DNA of 64,000 nucleotides from Enterobacillus tribolii (GTDB lineage Bacteria; Pseudomonadota; Gammaproteobacteria; Enterobacterales; Enterobacteriaceae): NCBI RefSeq assembly GCF_003363015.1, contig NZ_QRAP01000005.1, positions 330,820 to 394,819 of the forward strand, read 5' to 3'. Shown piece by piece: positions 60,684 to 64,000 of this stretch (position 1 is its first letter; each line of letters starts with the position of its first letter). The notes under the pieces were generated by a model. It saw only the letters and a program-made list of their open reading frames with translations, ran no database searches and was not told where the DNA came from. The position numbers and the translations under genes were made by a program.

Positions 60684-61364
60684 TTACTTCTCCAGTGACT
60701 TATCGTGTTGCAACAGCGACAGCAACTGATCGGCAAACGCCGGATATTTACGGTCCTGCAGGGCAACCCATTTCTTATTAACGATGAAGCTCGGCGTAGC
60801 TTTAATGTCGTAGTACGCGGAAACGTCCGCCATATACTTCAGCAGATCCTTGGCTTCCTGGGATTCGCTGGCTTTGTTATAGGCATCAACGTCGATACCG
60901 ATTTTCTTCAGCCAGAGCTCACGGGTGGTGGCATCGCTGATATCCAGCTTGTCTTTGATCACCGCGTCGTAGGCTTTATCGCGATATTGCTTTTCAATCC
61001 CCATCACCGACAGCGTGGCGAATATGCCGCTGTAGCGCGACAGACCGCTGCTGGAGCGGTTGAGGTGCAGGTAAACAATTTTGGTCCCTTGCGGCATACG
61101 GGCGCTGAGATCGTTAATATGCGGCTCATTCAGCGCACAGTAATGGCAACCGTAAGAGAAGAATTCAATGATAGTATTTGCTTCTTTAATTGGGCTTTCA
61201 TCAACCTTGCTCTGGCTAACCTGAATAAGGTCCTGATGAGGTTCAATATTCTCAGCCTTGCTACCCAATACGAAATTATTACTGATATAGGTAGTTGTAA
61301 TTACCGCAGATATTACGGCAACCACAATGGTATAAAGTAAAATAACAAGCGACTTTTTGAACAT
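60684..61364 (-). CDS. membrane-anchored DsbA-like thiol:disulfide oxidoreductase (bacteriocin accessory thioredoxin, PedC-like role)
   Basis: 226 aa with an N-terminal TM helix and a thioredoxin-fold CxxC active site (FFSYGCHYCALNE). AT-rich codon usage. Confidence 0.7.
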   Translation of the reverse strand: MFKKSLVILLYTIVVAVISAVITTTYISNNFVLGSKAENIEPHQDLIQVSQSKVDESPIKEANTIIEFFSYGCHYCALNEPHINDLSARMPQGTKIVYLHLNRSSSGLSRYSGIFATLSVMGIEKQYRDKAYDAVIKDKLDISDATTRELWLKKIGIDVDAYNKASESQEAKDLLKYMADVSAYYDIKATPSFIVNKKWVALQDRKYPAFADQLLSLLQHDKSLEK

Positions 61365-61489
61365 AAGAACTCACGTCCTTTATAGGAGGGATACAGATAA
61401 AACAGGTGCACGCAAAGGCCGAACCGGACTCAGGTCTGCAGGTAAGCGATAATCCTTATCGAAACCCGGTACAACGTTTAAAGACAGAG

Positions 61490-61528
61490 TAGGCAGATAC
61501 AAAGCAAGCGTCCGTATCTGCCTACCGA
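61490..61528 (-). terminator. intrinsic terminator/attenuator downstream of the precursor-peptide gene
   Basis: Perfect 12-bp inverted repeat GTAGGCAGATAC-(14 nt)-GTATCTGCCTAC, followed on the minus strand by TCTGTCTTT. Confidence 0.5.
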
Positions 61529-61579
61529 ACTGCTACGACTTACGCCGGAAAGCTTACGCCCCCCGGCGAAAAGACGTTA

Positions 61580-61774
61580 TCAGCCCAGGTTGCAATCAGC
61601 CAGAGTTGCTGATTTAACGGTCTGAGTTTCAACGCCGTGCTTGTCAACGCAAGTAGTCAGTTCAACACAGGTCAGTTTGCCGCCAACCGGAGTAGCTGCT
61701 ACGAACTCAGAAGTACAAACGTCTTCACAACCGCCAACAACCTGCATAGCTTCGATCATGTTGATCTTTTTCAT
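61580..61774 (-). CDS. double-glycine-leader precursor peptide with 6-Cys core (bacteriocin/RiPP-like)
   Basis: 64 aa. Leader MKKINMIEAMQVVGG fits the M..L..EL..V.GG consensus cleaved by C39 transporters. 49-aa core CEDVCTSEFVAATPVGGKLTCVELTTCVDKHGVETQTVKSATLADCNLG. Strong RBS AAGGATATTGTA-ATG. Followed by a hairpin terminator. Confidence 0.7.
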   Translation of the reverse strand: MKKINMIEAMQVVGGCEDVCTSEFVAATPVGGKLTCVELTTCVDKHGVETQTVKSATLADCNLG

Positions 61775-61967
61775 TACAATATCCTTATGTTATACAATTT
61801 TTAAAATAACACCCTATTTATTGGCCACCTTCATGGCGACCAATTCTTACTGCATAAACATTACTGCTTATGCAAATCTGACAGGCTCTACGTATCGTGT
61901 AATTGGCGCCAGGCGCCGATATTAACTTTACAGGTACGAGGCCAAAATCCTTTTAATAATAAACGCT

Positions 61968-61997
61968 ACATTGCTATATAATGAGTTATAGCAATGT
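61968..61997. promoter_or_regulatory. perfect 11-bp inverted repeat (candidate operator) in the AT-rich region upstream of the precursor gene
   Basis: ACATTGCTATA-taatgagt-TATAGCAATGT, ~200 bp upstream of the precursor start, inside a ~750-bp AT-rich ORF-free region. Confidence 0.25.
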
Positions 61998-62557
61998 ATC
62001 ATCCATATCGGGTCAGGATTGGCCTACCGGGATAAAAAGCCTCTTTCTCATATGAAGGAAGCCTTTTAATAAAGAAAGGATGTATTCCATTACCGTTCTC
62101 GCTCTGTTCCAATTTCATCCATGATTATCAGTGAATCACCTCAACTGATGACAAAGAGTATAATAGGTCGTAAAAATTAGATCAACAGCTAGCCCGCTAT
62201 TTAGTCGCTATATTTGTCACAATAATCAGCTTTTATTTTGAAAAATTTCCCTCTGTCGAGGGGGATTATTCTCCATTTCACAAATCACCCATCAATTACC
62301 AAAGATAATTCCGGATTTTGAAGGAGCTGGCTTATTTTTTTGCAGGAAACCTTAAAGGTTACATTTCGTCTCTGTTTTGACAATTATTATTCCCGGGATC
62401 AGCTTATATTTATCCCGAACAAATCAAAAAATAATTCCTTTAAGGACGAATAATATATTCTGATGAAATAAATAACCAATCATAATAGATAGATAGTGCT
62501 ATGGCGCCGGAAAGCGGCAGATTAAGGCATTTTCTCTGCGTAATGATTCTGGATAAA

Positions 62558-62590
62558 AAAACCCGGCGCGATGGCCGGGTTTTTCTGAAC
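62558..62590. terminator. bidirectional intrinsic terminator
   Basis: AAAAACCCGGCGCGATGGCCGGGTTTTTC has a GC-rich stem flanked by A-run and T-run. Downstream of the FKBP-type gene stop (62607). Confidence 0.5.
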
Positions 62591-62606
62591 ATTAATTAAT
62601 CTTAAT

Positions 62607-64000
62607 TTATTTCGCGGCGGCCGTTGTTTGCCCCGCCGGTAAGACATCCAGGATCCTGACGTTATAAACCATCGTCGCACCCGGCGGGATATCAGGCGGC
62701 AGCCCTTTATCGCCATAAGCCAGCGACGGCGGAACCACCATCGTCAGGCTGCCGTGATTCTGCAACTGGGAGATTGCGGCCTGGAACAGCGGCGGATACG
62801 CGTTCAGCGGTTGTGACACTGACGTTCCCGCCACGTCCATATCCTTAATCACCTTACCGTCTGTCAGGCTCTCTTTCACCACCACAACAACGTTGTCCGA
62901 ATCCTTAATCTCACCCTGACCGGCATAGTCAATGCGATAGTAGAAACCGGAAGGCGCCTTCTTGACCTTAGCTTGCTTGCTGAACTTGGCAATGTACTGG
63001 GCACCCTGCTTTTCCATGTTCTCCTTCAGCGACTTCTCCTGCTTATTAAACGCAACGTCCAGTTCATACAACGCTTTGGCAACCTTATCTTTCGGTAACT
63101 TCATCTGACCGCTGAAAGCATCCGCAACGCCGCTCAGCGCCTGCTGCCGGCCAATCTTAATGCCGTATCCCTCACGCTCTTTCAGCATGGCGATCATATC
63201 GTTGCCCAACGAGGTTCCCACCGCGTAATCACGGATTTCATCCACCGTTTTAGGCTCGCCGGCATCGATAACCGCGGCTTTCTGCCGGGCTGCCGTCAGC
63301 TGCAGTTGCAGCTCCTCCACTTTCTTCTGGGTTTCCGTCAGCGTCTGCTGCAGTTTGGTGCCGTCTTGCTCCTGCTGCGTTTGCGACGTTGTCAGCGCCG
63401 TAACCTGCTGCTCCAGTTCCTGCGCCTTCTTCTGGGTTTCCATCAGCGTTTGCTGCAGCTTGGTCGCTTCTTCTTCCTTCTGCGCCTTCGCGGCCGTCAG
63501 CTCGGTTACCTGCTTAAGCAGCTCATCCGCCTGCTTCTGGTTTTCACTCAGGCTTGCTTGCAGCTTGGCGCCATCCTGCTCTTTCTGCGTCTGCGCCATC
63601 GTCAGGGTCGCAACCTGCTGTTCCAGCTCCTGCGCTTTCTTCTGGCTTTCAGTCAGCGTCTGCTGCAGTTTGGTCGAGTCCTGCTCCCGCTGCGTTTGGT
63701 CAGCCGTCAGCGCGGTGACCTGCTGCATCAGCTCTTCCGCCTTCTTCTGGCTTTCGGTCAGCGCCTGCTGGAGTTTGGTCGTGTCCTGCTCCTGCTGCGT
63801 CTGCGTCGACATCAGGCCGGCGATCTGCTGCTGCGATTCTTCCGCTTTCTTCTGCGCTTCCGCCAGCATCTGCTGAAGCTTCGCGGCGTCCTGCTCTTTC
63901 TGCGTCTGGCCCGAGGTCAGCTCGGCAACCTGTTTCTCCAGTTCATCCGCCTTCTTCTGGGTTTCCGCCAGCGTTTGCTGAAGCTTCGCGGCGTCCTGCT
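62607..64000 (-). CDS. FKBP-type peptidyl-prolyl isomerase (FkpA/Mip-like) with long N-terminal tandem-repeat coiled coil; 5' end beyond window
   Basis: C-terminal FKBP domain (GFYYRIDYAGQGE...PPGATMVYNVRILDV). Upstream are >=8 copies of a 33-aa unit (QTQ.EQD.TKLQQTLTESQKKA.ELEQQVTALT). The reading frame is still open at the window edge, and the M at 63869 is internal to a repeat. Confidence 0.75.
   Translation of the reverse strand, partial: QDAAKLQQTLAETQKKADELEKQVAELTSGQTQKEQDAAKLQQMLAEAQKKAEESQQQIAGLMSTQTQQEQDTTKLQQALTESQKKAEELMQQVTALTADQTQREQDSTKLQQTLTESQKKAQELEQQVATLTMAQTQKEQDGAKLQASLSENQKQADELLKQVTELTAAKAQKEEEATKLQQTLMETQKKAQELEQQVTALTTSQTQQEQDGTKLQQTLTETQKKVEELQLQLTAARQKAAVIDAGEPKTVDEIRDYAVGTSLGNDMIAMLKEREGYGIKIGRQQALSGVADAFSGQMKLPKDKVAKALYELDVAFNKQEKSLKENMEKQGAQYIAKFSKQAKVKKAPSGFYYRIDYAGQGEIKDSDNVVVVVKESLTDGKVIKDMDVAGTSVSQPLNAYPPLFQAAISQLQNHGSLTMVVPPSLAYGDKGLPPDIPPGATMVYNVRILDVLPAGQTTAAAK
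63300..64000. repeat. 99-bp tandem coding repeats (>=7 copies) within the FKBP-type gene
   Basis: The recurring ~99-nt unit (ctgctgcagtttggt...ctccagttcctgcgccttcttctgggtttc) is visible directly, with point differences between copies. Confidence 0.6.

Noticed and set aside
1-64000. CRISPR arrays, insertion sequences, integrases, prophage genes
   Set aside because: No direct-repeat/spacer arrays, transposase or integrase-like ORFs were found. The only tandem repeats are in-frame coding repeats of the FKBP-type gene.

Overview
This is a 64-kb chromosomal window from an Enterobacterales genome (high GC, Serratia/Yersiniaceae-like). Core genes: the end of the rpoN operon (hpf 3' end, ptsN, rapZ, npr), rnk, cybC, pmbA and yjgA, gpr/yghZ, and yhiI-rbbA-yhhJ. 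Between them sit several accessory modules. (1) 2.2-11.7 kb, minus strand: a catabolic cluster of the uncharacterised 'EF_0829-0839/AHA_3910-3917' type. It has an MtlR/LicR-type PRD activator, a periplasmic lactonase, a KDGP-type aldolase, a SelA/DgaE-like PLP enzyme, an amidohydrolase, DUF4310- and DUF4311-type membrane proteins, a DUF4312 protein, a glycine-rich SFCGS protein and a small PRD protein. (2) An EvgA/EvgS-like two-component pair, an orphan C-terminally truncated fimbrial usher, a secreted barnase-type RNase with barstar, and an AraC+LysE pair. (3) An RNA-repair locus: rtcR, a sigma54 promoter, a tRNA-like leader element, an SPFH/band-7 protein, rtcB and a Pol-beta-type nucleotidyltransferase, followed by marR, a second divergent RtcB paralog and a PHP phosphoesterase. 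(4) A low-GC islet carrying a beta-propeller-like hypothetical. (5) The main novelty candidate, at 48.6-61.8 kb on the minus strand: a ~13-kb single-strand operon. It starts with a 64-aa precursor (double-glycine leader, 6-Cys core, followed by a terminator), then a membrane-anchored DsbA-like CxxC oxidoreductase, an LpxL/HtrB-type ACP-dependent acyltransferase, a C39-peptidase ABC exporter, MacA/MacB/NodT tripartite efflux, and a dedicated fatty-acid-synthase quartet (KAS, double-hotdog dehydratase, ACP, FabG-like reductase). A His-rich membrane protein and an ECF sigma factor lie just downstream. The layout predicts a disulfide-rich, fatty-acylated secreted peptide (a lipidated bacteriocin/RiPP-like product). 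(6) The 5' end of an FKBP-type PPIase with a long 33-aa tandem-repeat coiled coil runs off the window. No transposases, integrases, CRISPR arrays or canonical tRNA/rRNA genes were seen.
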